Below, piece by piece: positions 24,529 through 36,231 of a stretch of DNA of 50,610 bases (position 1 is the stretch's first letter; every line of letters starts with the position of its first letter). Position numbers and translations under genes: made by a program. Under the pieces are notes generated by a model. It did not search any database, was not told the DNA's origin, and worked only from the letters and a program-made list of their open reading frames with translations. Source of the DNA: Atractiella rhizophila (taxonomy: Eukaryota); contig MU271208.1 of assembly GCA_021432655.1 (NCBI GenBank), forward strand, positions 78,037 to 128,646, given 5' to 3'.

Positions 24529-27326
24529 ATGGAGGAGTGCGTGGGAAAAAGTACCGTAAGGTGAAGTACGCGAAGAATAAGGCCCAGAGAGCGATCAACG
24601 GCGCATCCTTCATGAAAAGTTTGCAACAAGCGGAGAGACAAGCCTTTGAGAAAGGGGAACGTATCAAAAAGAAACACGCACTACATGCTCAGGGATATAT
24701 ATATAGGAGGCGTATTCGTGAGACAACGTCCAGACAACTCGTCATTGCGATGGCAGACAAACTCATCCTTGAACTGCGTGAACCAGAAGAGGATTTTATC
24801 CCACTAGAAAGGTCTTTGATGACGATACTCACTCACTCAACAGCGGCCGTCAACGGCAGGCGGATCGATTGAGTAAAGGCGAAGTAGCCTCAGGCCACCT
24901 TTCAGTTCCAAGTTCTAAGCCAATCTCGAGCTTTTCTTCGAAAGGGAGCCAGGAGATGCCTGACAGGCTGAAGCCTAGTGTAGTGCAGTTCCAGAGACTC
25001 GACTGGTGGAAACAGGAACATGACAACACGATCACAGCTAAACGTACGGAATAGAGGACTTTGTTTGGTTCTTGAAGAAGGAGGTCAACGTTTCGGACAC
25101 CCGAGAGGATAAAAAAAAATGTCGGCGTGAAACGAGCGGTCGAGGCGAAGAAGGCTTCCGGGGAGAATAAAGTTATCCTGGAGCACGAAGCAAACCAAAA
25201 GCACGAAGCTTCAGTCTAGAAGGCAGCCAAAGAGCCGTGCAAGAAAGCGCTGAAAGACTTGTTGGTCCCCATACCTAACGGAAAACCGACCCATGGTTAT
25301 CCAAGAAATGAGGAAGATGCTTCGTAAGTTTTTGGTTACGATTTGGGAACAGGAACTGAGTAAAGGAACAGATTGCATGTTAGTCGCGACGTCCTCGCAC
25401 CAGTTTGCCAGGTTTTAGGCAAAATGATTTATGCACTTCAGCTGGTTCAAACGAGGCAACAACTGAACAATACCCGATTGACAGGAATGCTAGAATGCCT
25501 TTCAGAAGTGCACCGTTCAGCACACGATGTTGGTCGCTCTAGTGCGTGTGTTAACGGATAAAGATGCTCCATCTGACGACTGTCCTCGAACAGCACGAGT
25601 TGACCATGTCATTGGTTTTTTTGCCAAGGAGCTCCTAGAGGTCATGACTGAAAATTCAAACCAGGCTGGAACAGAGCACAAAGCGGAGGGGTTCAAGATA
25701 TGGCTAGCGCGAGCAACATCAATGTCTCTTTTCTGGAGGTGAAGGTGAGCGTGTACCACCCCAAAGCTTGACTTGACTTAATGACATGAGTAGAAAAAGG
25801 GTGCTGTCTTGGAGAAAGACTTCCAGGAGGTTCAAGACGTATTGGAAGCATGGGCGAAGAAGAGTGCTCATTATCGACAGCGCACCAATACCTGACAAGG
25901 CGTAATACCGCGTGAAAACGCGTTGCATTACGTTTACCCCCCAGATTATAAACTACACAGAGAGCTATAAGACCCGATTCGGCGCTTTGACCGACCACGA
26001 CTCTACAACATTGACCTACGTGGTCAAGGACCATGATCACTTCAGAGTTTATTGGAGTCCAATTGCTAAAGGCGAAGTGAGGTTTGCTTTTGCTTTTTAT
26101 ACCTGGCTGGCTTTGAAAGCAAAAGGCATGAACGACCAAGGGTTATTGGGGCAAGCAAAGATGAAGCCTAGTGTAGTGCAGTTCCAGAGACTCGACTGGT
26201 GGAAACAGGAACGTGACAACACGATCACAGCTAAACGTACGGAATAGAGGACTTTGTTGGGTTCTTGAAGAAGGAGGTCAACGAAATGTCGGCGTGAAAC
26301 GAGCGGTCGAGGCGAAGAAGGCTTCCGGGGAGAATAAAGCTATCCTGGAGCAGGAAGCAAACCAAAAGCACGAAGCTTCTGTCAAGAGAGCAGTCAAACA
26401 GCCGTGCAAGAGAGCGCTGAAAGACTTGTTGGTCCCCATACCTAACGCAAAACCGACCTATGGTTATCCAAGAAATGAGGAAGATGTTTCGTAAGTTTGT
26501 GGTTACGATTTGGGAACAGAAACTGAGTGAAGGAACAGCTTGCATGTTAGTCGCGACGTCTTCGCACCCGTTTGCCAGGCTTTAGGCAAAATGATTTACG
26601 CACTTCAGCCGGTTCAAACGAGACAACAAGTGAACATTACGACAGGAATGCTAGAATGCCTTTCAGAAGTGCATCGTTCAGTACACGATAATGATCGCTC
26701 TAGTGCGTGTGTTAACGGAAAAAGATACTCCATCTGACGACTGGCCTCGAACAGCGCGAGTTAACCGTGTCATTGGTTTTTTTGCCAAGGAGCTCCGAGA
26801 GGTCATGACTGGAATTCAAACCAAGCTGGCTGGAACAGAGCACAGAGCGGAGGGGTTCAAGATATGGCTAGCGCGAGCAGTATCAATCTCTCTTTGCTGG
26901 AGGTGAAAGTGAGCGTGTACAACCCCAAAGCTTGATTTAATGACATTAGCTGAAAAGGGTGCTGTCTTGGAGAAAGACTTCCAGGAGGTTCAAGACGTAC
27001 TGGAAGCATGGGCAAAGAAGAGTGTTCGTGATCGAAAGCTCACCGATACCTGGCAGGACGTAATATCGCGTGAAAACGCGTTGCATTACGTTTACCCCCA
27101 GATTATCAACTAGACAGAGAGCTATGAGACCCGATTGGAGCTTTGACCGACCACGACTCTACAACATTGACCTACGTGGTGAAGGACCATGATCTCTTCA
27201 GAGTTTATTGGAGTCCCGTTCTTCAAGGCGAAGTGACATTTGCTTTTGCTTTCTATACCTGGTCGGCTTTGAAAGAAAGCAAAAGGCATGAACGACCAAG
27301 GGTTATTGGGCAAACAAAGAATTAGA
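24529..27326 (+). pseudogene. Decayed gene of a possible nuclease-like family, internally duplicated
   Basis: Coding-like fragments (ARVDHVIG, QIINYTESYKTRFGALTDHD, RVYWSPI) interrupted by stops and frameshifts in both repeat copies. Confidence 0.45.
24969..27319. repeat. Direct tandem duplication, unit ~1193 bp (24969-26161 and 26162-27319)
   Basis: TGAAGCCTAGTGTAGTGCAGTTCCAGAGACTCGACTGG starts both copies and both end near GGTTATTGGG..CAAAG. Scattered substitutions and a 26-nt indel at 25091-25116. Confidence 0.95.
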
Positions 27327-28536
27327 TGTCGATGTATCCGATCTACATATAAGAGCTAAGTCCGATGCAACGGCTGACTTGAAATATAGACTTTGGTTTT
27401 GAAGCACCTGATCTGATGATGGTTCACTATACGAACAATTTTTCGCACAAGTGACCATGAACGCCAAAAAAATGTACGTCGTTTATCTGAAATATGCTTT
27501 GTTTCCTTGTTCAACTTCATGAAGATTTGGAAAGGATCGGAAGGCTGCAGGTACTTCATACATGAATTATTGAGATAGAAAGATAGAGATCATATGGCGA
27601 AGAGATTCCCGTGCAAAAACTCCGCGACTTTGACCGCTTCAAGACTGTAGAAACCAGTGTAGAAACGTTTACTGATGCAAATGTGGTCCGTCAGTCTTGT
27701 GGCTAGGTGCTTGACAACAGCACATCGGTCTCGTGTAATGATTGAAAACTTGTCACAATGCACCAGAGAGGCAAAATACAAGGCTCAAGGACAGCACACT
27801 CCCCACATCCCCCTCTCTCGGAAAGGAAGTGACCTACATGTGTGCAAAGCAAAAAGGCTGAAATCCTTTACGCTGTCCAATGTCCACAAGTGCAGGTGAT
27901 CATTGCCATAAAATAACACGCCGTCCTGCCACAAGCTCCCCTCTTCGTCTGGTCAAATGAACGAAAGGAGGAGAAAGATCACACAATGCACAACGCTCGA
28001 TCGATTTGGTTGTTTTGTTTTGAAGTTGTTGTGTTTCGATTTCCGTCCATTTGAAATGAAGAGAGCAGCGCCAGCGAGGCAGGGCAAAAGCATGTAACAG
28101 AGTGGAGGGGCTTCGACTTTATGTAACGACGAGATGAAGCTCGTCCTGAGGTGAGCCCACCATTGGATAGCTGATAGGGGATGCCTAGATGGATGGACAT
28201 GAATAACAACAGCCCTACATTGCGATATCAAAGAGTGCCACTGGGCCGTGTTGTTCTTCAACTTTTGTATTGATTTCAATCAAAAATGATTGGCGGCAAA
28301 ATAAAAGTTTTCACGCGTATTGTCGCCCCATTTTCCTTCTGATACCCACCGTTCTCCATTCGTCCCATCATCCTCTTCGGTTTTCGTGAAGGGTTCGCAT
28401 TTGCCGCCGAAGAAAGCGTCATGATGGGTTCACAACTGGCAATGGAAGATTGAAGGTCAGAGACGTCGAAGATGCTTCGTTCCCTTTATGCGAGTGAGCT
28501 TGAATGATCTGTTGAGTACTAAACAGAATGAAAGGC

Positions 28537-29064
28537 TCACCTTTGCCTCTCTTTGCGCTGTTTGTGTCGATCAAGCTGGATAGTCTTTGCTGCTTCTGAA
28601 CGATATCCCCAACTTCCCTGTGCGGAAGGTGGCGTCTGCACGCTGGTATATGCCGGGGGGTCATCGTTCCCGAAAGGAAGCTGAAACAGCTCCTGTGGTT
28701 TCGCGCGATGACTTTCGCAATCAGAATGGACTGGCTCCTCCACATCCATCGAATCTTCAAGGTAGCCCCAGTGCGCTCCGGTAAAGGCACTATTGCAAGG
28801 AATTGATTGAGAAAAGTGGTCGAAGTCCATCTCTTCCTGCTTGGTTGTGTTCTGTTCATCAAGAAGCATCTGTTGATTCAGGCCATCATCCCACTTTCTC
28901 TCAACCAGATTTTGAACCCCTCTAGAGAAGAAAGTTCCAGCTTTCGTTGACGTCGACGGTAGGTTATCTGTTGAGAAGAGGGAAGGTCCTGAGTGCGCTG
29001 CATAGCTGTAGCGAGAAGTTGAAGAGAGGGAGGATGCCGTTGAGGTGTCTGAGAGATAGCACAT
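28537..29064 (-). CDS. Hypothetical protein
   Basis: 175-codon ATG-initiated ORF, divergent from the gene at 29510. No recognisable domain. Confidence 0.3.
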   Translation of the reverse strand: MCYLSDTSTASSLSSTSRYSYAAHSGPSLFSTDNLPSTSTKAGTFFSRGVQNLVERKWDDGLNQQMLLDEQNTTKQEEMDFDHFSQSIPCNSAFTGAHWGYLEDSMDVEEPVHSDCESHRAKPQELFQLPFGNDDPPAYTSVQTPPSAQGSWGYRSEAAKTIQLDRHKQRKERQR

Positions 29065-29509
29065 CGCGGTTGTTTGCAGGATCAGATGAAAATTCCTTGT
29101 GGTCTTATACTCCGCCGCTTGTTACGGCGAATAAAGGGCAGGCCCTGAAGGGTACAAAGAGGTTTGTTTCAGAATACTATAGAGAGTCTTATCGCCTTGT
29201 AGGTTCTGCTGCAATGCTGCATCAAGGCACATCTTTACCACTTCCATAAGTGAAGACACAAACGGTCTGTGCATCCTCTGAACATGGGTTACGGGCCGCA
29301 TTATGGATCCCGGTATCGATAGCGACGACATTTGAGTCACGTTGTGCATTTACTTGACGCGATGTTCTTTGTTCCCCTCGCATTACAGGTCGGTTACTGA
29401 TAACTATCTCAGGGCTATAAAGATGTGTCCCAGTAGCTCAAATATCGTAGAAAGCATCAGCTAAGGACTTTCGATTCGAGAGTCCCTCGATTGTGAATCT
29501 AGGTCGAAC

Positions 29510-31653
29510 ATGCCACTAGCTTCCAGATCTTCGAAGAAACGACCTTTCCATTTCACCACACGAGATCCAGGCATCGAGAACAACGATTCCTCTTCTCCCG
29601 TCAAAAGAAGGCGATCTCTTCCGAAAATCATTAGTGAATTAGCACCCATGTCTCTGTTGCTTCCTACTGGCGTCACTGGGACAACAACCGTCGCATGCAC
29701 ACCTCCTACAACCCTCCTTGACCTTCAGGACTCTTTCTCTCAGTTTCCGGATGACCTCAACTGGGAGCACGGATCTCTGTCGAGCTTTCATTACGATTGG
29801 GATCCCCCTCAGATGTTTCCATCAACCCTTCCGCTTGACTCCACCAGCGGCACGTTGGCCTTTGATGAGCTACTGACAACCCAACAATACTACGATGATC
29901 TCCAAAGAGATATACCTGGGCTCCCGGATTTTGACCCATCAGAGGTCACCCTCTGTCCTTCTCAGAATGATGTGCTGGCAACGACTACATTCTGGCAGCC
30001 ACACTCGTTTGCTTGCGTGGAAGATGCTGTCGCTTGTATAAGACATTTGTGCGTCCTTCCTCTTCTCTCCCGCCACATGAGGTATTCATTTCGATGCACA
30101 CAGTATTGCAAGGAACCCCGAGGACATCAAGAAAAACGTCTGGCGTGAGGATCGAGAATTACTGTAGGTCATATCCGGATTTTGGGCCTAGTCTGAACTT
30201 GAATAATAGTTTGTCCGCTCTCCTGCACATCAGCGTTGACAAGGACAAGAAGTATGAACTGTTTCAACAAACTTTTCGTCACGCGAATGTCGATATTCTT
30301 CGTAGCGCTGTCGATGGGATCTTTGCCCTCCCTCGAGTCTCTCTCGTCGCCATCGACATAATCATGGCCTTCTGCGCATCTACGGCGTATCCATCGGACG
30401 CCAAAACAGGAGAATTAAAAGACTCTCCACAGATGACAGTGTCCAGAAATTCGATTGTGAACTTGAACGCCGCTGAGCGAAAAGAAAGGCAGACAGAACT
30501 GAAGATGGCGAAAAAGGAGGGTATGCCCAAGGGGAAGGTGATGCAGAAGGAGGCTCGCGCGGCGAACGCAGCCAAATGGTTGCTTACAGCGAACAGCGAG
30601 AGGCAGCAAGGGACTGAAGAGGAAGAACACCTCCTTCAGATGGTGTTGGAAAGTATAGGAGAACGGAGGAGTGTAGCGAGAAGGTGGACGAGTGCGTGTA
30701 ATTCCACCAGCTCCCATGGTCTCTTACACCGTTTTGCGACAGGCATCGGGAAGAGCAAGGAAGGTATTCACCCTCTCACCTCCTTGTGGAGGTCGAATGA
30801 AGAGCTTGGTATTTTCTCGCTGGCCTCCCTTTGCGGTTCTCATCGTTCGTTGCAGAAGCGGGAAAGTTCGACAACTGCAGGACATTTTTTCGTACCACAG
30901 TTGCAACTCACATCTGGTTGGCCCTTCAGGTCACAAAGGATCAACTCATTCGTGGATCTTCCGAACATGCTTTTGCCAGGTTGGTTTTCCTGTTCGACCC
31001 TTCATTGGCTCGCTTCTAATGTGTTGCGGTGTAGGCTGCTGGTCGACGCTTGTTGGAATCTCCCCGGTCGCACGGTGCCCGATAACTGGGGAGAGGTCAA
31101 GGAAACCGTTCTCCATCACTGCGCTGGTCCGGGATGGTTTGAACCTTTCACGCTGAACGAGTTCTGGAAGGCAGTCGCAATCGTTGGAAAGACTATCCAG
31201 AAGGAGCATAAAACAGGCAGGTTCTTTCTTTATCCGCCTTATCTTGCCGGCTGATCAAGGGACCCAGGTCGAGTGTCAAATCTCCCTACCGCCGTTGCAA
31301 CATGTCACCCGCCGCGCGAATCTGCACAGTCAGAAGAGAGCGATGATTCCACGAAAGAACCTCCAAGGAAAGGTGACCCAAGGAGCAAACGAGGTAACTT
31401 GCGAGAGGGGAGGAAGAAGAGGGTCCAGAGCGAAGGAGAAGAGGGTCTGATCAACGCGACGAGCGGGGAAAAGATTGTGGATGTCTCTCAGATCAGAAGG
31501 AGGGGGACCGAGAACAAGAATTCCACTGGCACCAATGAGCTTGAACCTGGAATTCCCCTTGGTGCTTCCCGCACAGTATGGAATCACCGTAATAAGTCTG
31601 GGAACAACAAACAGCACTTTGGAAAATACCCTCCCCTCAGGAACGCCTCTTAG
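29510..31653 (+). CDS. Hypothetical protein, basic NLS-like motifs, no recognised domain
   Basis: ORFs 29510-30148, 30013-31254 and 31273-31653 can be joined through short introns (~30049-30103 GTGCGT..CAG; ~31216-31267 GC-AG). PVKRRRS motif. Confidence 0.55.
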
Positions 31654-31989
31654 ACGGGATGATCAGCAAACAAGATATGTAGTTGCCGTAGCCTTTCCTC
31701 TGTTGGCCAACTTTACGTCAGGAGAACAGTTTTCCTTTCGAGTCTTTCCTTCCGAGAAAGCGCGCCGTCTTCTAACGTGCCCTCTCATTCATTCAAGACG
31801 CTCGACATTCAAATGTCCAAATTTATATAAATTGAAAGGCTGTAGTGTACATCATGCAATACAAGCAATGTTGCAGGACTCCAATTCTACAAGTGCAATG
31901 AGAACAACCGCATGGGAAAAAGGGAATGCAGAGCCTGTTTCGGGTTGCAACTGTGCTCTTACTAGGCAGGTTCAAGGTCGAACTCTTCA

Positions 31990-33474
31990 GAGGGATCGCT
32001 CGTGTGGACATTATATCTCGTTCAGTTGATGGAGACACAGCTTGCGGCTCCAATCTCACCTCAAGAGCTGTCCTTCAGCATCCGGATAGAAATTGCAGAA
32101 AAAGTAGATAACGCAGTAGATTACGGGCTCGATGTCATCCATAACTGACTGCCCGTACATAGCCTCCTCGTTCCTCAACGCGTTCAGTACGCATCGAGAC
32201 AGGAAGAGGAAGGTCCGCTTAATGAAAGGTCAAGGTCAAGAACAAACATATAGGGGTAGGCAGGCTACTCACTGAAAGTGGATGTGGCTTTGCCCTGTCG
32301 TATCGAGAAGTCGAAATCATTCAGCCATCCGACAACTGGAGCATTCCCGCCATTCGCGTTCGTCTGAAATTCGCTAATAAAGATGTTGGCATAGGAAACA
32401 TCCCGATGGATAAAGTTGTGATCGTTTAACATCGCAAATTCTGCCCACACATCAACGCAAGGCCCAAAACAAACAAAGAGCACATACGCTTTAAGACACC
32501 TTTGAACGCGTCGAGCACATCGTCAAGACGTTTAGCTGAAGAAAGAGGGAGGCCCGCCGTAGAATGATAGATGAGGACGGGAATTAGGTCTGTCTCCATG
32601 ATCTCCGAAACATCGACGTCAGTCCAGAGAGCATTTTTGGAGAGGGTTTTTCTGGTTGACAGATCAGGCTGAGAAAGAATGAGACGAGGAGCGACCTGAC
32701 GCGGGAACTTGAGTCGGAAGAGTGGTTCGTGAAGGCCAGCTCCTCAGTTCGAGACCGACTGCCTACCTCCCAGGTGAAGTGCCACGCTGGGTCGTGCTCA
32801 AAGATGTTGAGAAATCCGATCTGTTCCTCCCTCGCTTTCGCAAACCGTGCGATGGTCTGTGCGACTTCTTTGAAGTGGTCTTCGAGCTGTTTTGGTTTTC
32901 CCTGAAAGTGCCCACCACGCATACTATTAATCCAAGAGTAATGTTTATCTCCAGCTGTATCAATGAACAGAGTCCAGACAAAACAGCGAGGTCTCGCCCC
33001 GAGAGTGTAGGCGGCGTTCCGTGCTAGTTGTGTGATCCCATCCGAAGTAGCACTCTGGAGATGGTCTCTGAGTTCTAATACCAGCGATATGTTCGAGTAC
33101 GCCTTCACAGGAGGGTTGATCTCATGGTGGACCAAGATTCCGTCCTGGTCGACGGATTCTCTGACGACTGCATTCGTGTATCACCTTTGCTGTATCTGGA
33201 CTTTTCCTTGCGCACGACCTGGAGCACCGTCTCTTCATTCATGATGCTCAATCAACTGTGAATTACTCACGCGATACAGCTCGTCCATCCAGGTTTTAAT
33301 CGAGTTCTCATTCTTCCAGTCCGCTGCAGTATACGTCGTTAGCTCGGGTGGCAGTTTGACCTCAGGTATGTCTATGTTTGGACATAGATCCTCCAAGACC
33401 ACAGCTGGTGATTCCAAGTTGAGTCGTTCACCTCGCGACAGGTTGCGCTGCAATGGTCTGAAGTTTACGGGCAT
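31990..33474 (-). pseudogene. FunK1 (Pkinase_fungal) kinase pseudogene, paralog of 45413-47890
   Basis: VLELR..QLARNA..RPRCFVW, HRDVSYANI, GWLNDFDFS, GTFLFLS, DDIEPVIYC. Frameshifting internal deletion near 32698 and a premature stop near 32055. Confidence 0.8.
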
Positions 33475-33770
33475 ATTTCTTGGCGTTTCTCCCTTTCAAT
33501 GTAATAGGGTTTTGCGACGCGACGGGAGAAACGAGTAGTGCCTAGATCCTATCTTTTATGTCTTCACGTGGAATGAAATGACTTCGTCAGAACTTCTCGA
33601 TCACGATGCTTCTCGAAACGTTGCCTGCGCCAAAGCGAAATACTCGGAGATTGAAGCTTCCTACCCCACATCATGAAGTTTTCTCTGGGCGAATTCCATC
33701 TTTGACAACGGTTGCAGCGTTAGCAGAGTTTCGAGTTGCTGGAGGCAATTATTTGCACGACGAGCCATCT

Positions 33771-36231
33771 TTACAAATAGAAATTGAGTGGCAAAGCGAG
33801 CACATTGCATTGTTTAGTGTCTCTCCAATCCACCTGTCTACTGGTCGGATAATCCCATTCTCTAACTTGCTGACCAACAGTGGCTCCAACAGGTTTCCAG
33901 TTTGGATTATTCCTGGCAATCTTGGCAGAATCGATGTAATTTCTTCCTTCCAAGTATGAAACTGTGGGATTCGGATCGTGATTCCACGCAAAAGAGGCGA
34001 GGCTGTCTAGGACATGTTGGGAGAAGTAGAGATCAGCTTCATCCCTGTAGGAGACATCCGCAAACTGGGAGAAGCTAGAAAATAGGTAGAAAAGTTCCCC
34101 GGAGTGGCACCTAAAATAGGGGAGGGAAGTGTCCCTGCTCACATCAGATGATCAGTGAGCTGCTAAGTTGTGCAAACATTGAGCCGTACCCAAGCGGATG
34201 CTCCTTCGTTCGCGGTGCCTCGCAAGTCGGAGGATTGGGGCTCCATTGAACAATTTGGTACGCTCTCCAGATTTCGTATACGTAAATCTTCTGGAATGCT
34301 TGCCTTTGGGTCGCTGCATGAGCCGAAGCTTGATTAGCGCACCTCACTAGAAGATCAGTCTCTATCCTCGCCGTTGTGTTGAACATGTTCAGTGTGCTGT
34401 TAGTTCCCTCACTGGGAACCGGAAATGCTCCACTTTCCACAATGCTATCGATCTGGGTGTCATTGAACCCAAAGCTGACCAAATTGTCTTCCAAAGTTGA
34501 TCCTGGAGCAGGAAAGCCAATGAACGGGCCGCCGTCGTCCCTCATGAATCCCCAGATGAGTGGTACATCATTGGATGGCTCTCCTTTGACGAAAGGAACC
34601 GTGTCATGAAGGAGATACTCGCCATCTTGCACCATCGACCGGGAGTTGATGAAGTTGGAAGCGAAGGCAGCCGCCGACACACTAAGGAGACAAGATTTCG
34701 TTTCTTCAGCGCTGGTTAAGTTACCGCAGCCATGAGCACTTGCGACTTGGGCTCCAGATTGCGCAGCGACGGAGGGTGGAACGAACTGCGGGTCTGCACT
34801 CCAGAGCACGGTTAGGTTGCACTTGTTTGAGAAGATTGTAGACGCACTGCTGGTGACGTCTGAGGCCAGCATGGCGGCCGAAAACAGTCCTTTCGCTTTG
34901 GGAGTCGTGAGGAGAGCCGCAACACTGATTGCTCCAGCAGATTGACCGAAGATCATTACTCGTGTTGGCTTCAGAGTTTAAATGTCATCAGCCGGAGAAA
35001 TTGAGCACTGCAAACGAACGCACGTCTCCTCCAAAAGAAGCAATGTTTTTTTGTACCCATGTAAGCGCGGAGAGTTGATCCGACTATGCATTCAAGGTTT
35101 CATTGATCCTCTAACTCGTAGCGAGCAGGATGGAGAAGGAAGAGAACGCACCAATCCATAGTTTCCATTTACAATCTTGTCGTCTAGATAAAGATACCCT
35201 AAAGCACCAAGACGATAGTTAATGGTGACGACAACCACATCCCCTCTACTAGCCAAGTTGCCCCCGTCGAAAGTCGGATCTGAACCAGCGCCGTTGACGA
35301 AACCACCACCATGGACCCTATTTTGCTCTCAGTAGTATCTTCTCATTGTATACAAGGGATAAAGCAAACCAAATCATGACGGGTTTTCCACCATTTTGTA
35401 TCTTCCCAGGACTGGGAAGATAAGGGGTGAAGACGTTGAGGAATTGACAGTTTTCGGAAGAAGGAAGCGTTGAGTTCTGGGGACATTGTGGTCCATAATG
35501 CGTTGCGTCGAAGCGCTGGGTGGTGTTAGAAGAACTGTAGACTGTGGAATGCGTCCATCGTGGAGTTGGATTCGCTGTCACTGCGTGTCAACAGCTTACC
35601 ATTGGCGGAAGGCAAGCATTTACTATATTGTATGCCTAAGAAGCGGAAGGAGACTTTATCTCGAAACCTTGAAAGCCATTTTGAGCTCTCTTTTCTCACC
35701 AGAATGAACGTCGTACCCCATGTAAGTGTTGCCCTCCCGGTCCAACACAGAGTGTTGGAATTGCTTGGATGTGTCCGAAAAGTTGGATGGCTTAAACGGT
35801 CCTGATTGAGAACAAAGCACAGGAAGTTGAGAGTTACAGTCTACGCTCGACTTCTGCAATGTTCCCTGCTTCGGTCCCAAGCTCACTGCGCTACACTTCT
35901 GCCTCTGATCCGATGTCGTAGATGTCCAAAATTTCTGACCCTTGTGGAACCCATTTAGGTTGCTGATTTGATAGGCGAGCTGGAAGGCCAAGTCGTCTTC
36001 CTCCCCGTCAATGGCATAGAGTTGCTCCCCAATGCCTGCGCAAGCGGAGCCGGCATTCTCGAACACGAAAAAAGAGGGAAGAAGGAGTGCGCCCTTCGTA
36101 TCAGCAGCGGTGCGGTAGTCCAAAGTATTCTGGAAGAGGTGGACGATCGCACTTTGGTTTTGGCTCGATAGTTGCGATCGAGATTCCAACGCAAGGGCGA
36201 ACGCGAGTGAAGGGAGGAGGAAGAACCGCAT
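33771..36231 (-). CDS. Secreted type-B carboxylesterase (COesterase family), complete copy
   Basis: Signal peptide MRFFLLPSLAFALA. FRFLGIQY, SENCQFLNVFTP, VHGGGF, VVVTINYRLGALGYL, FGQSAGA (catalytic Ser), RCHSGEL (catalytic His, codon 34104-34106). Confidence 0.9.

Noticed and set aside
24969..27319. RIP-like mutation or LTR pair as the explanation of the repeat
   Set aside because: Differences include many transversions, the copies abut directly, and there are no TG..CA ends or internal retroelement genes.
28537..31653. Divergent pair as a homeodomain mating-type locus
   Set aside because: No WFxNxR-type homeodomain motif in either gene.
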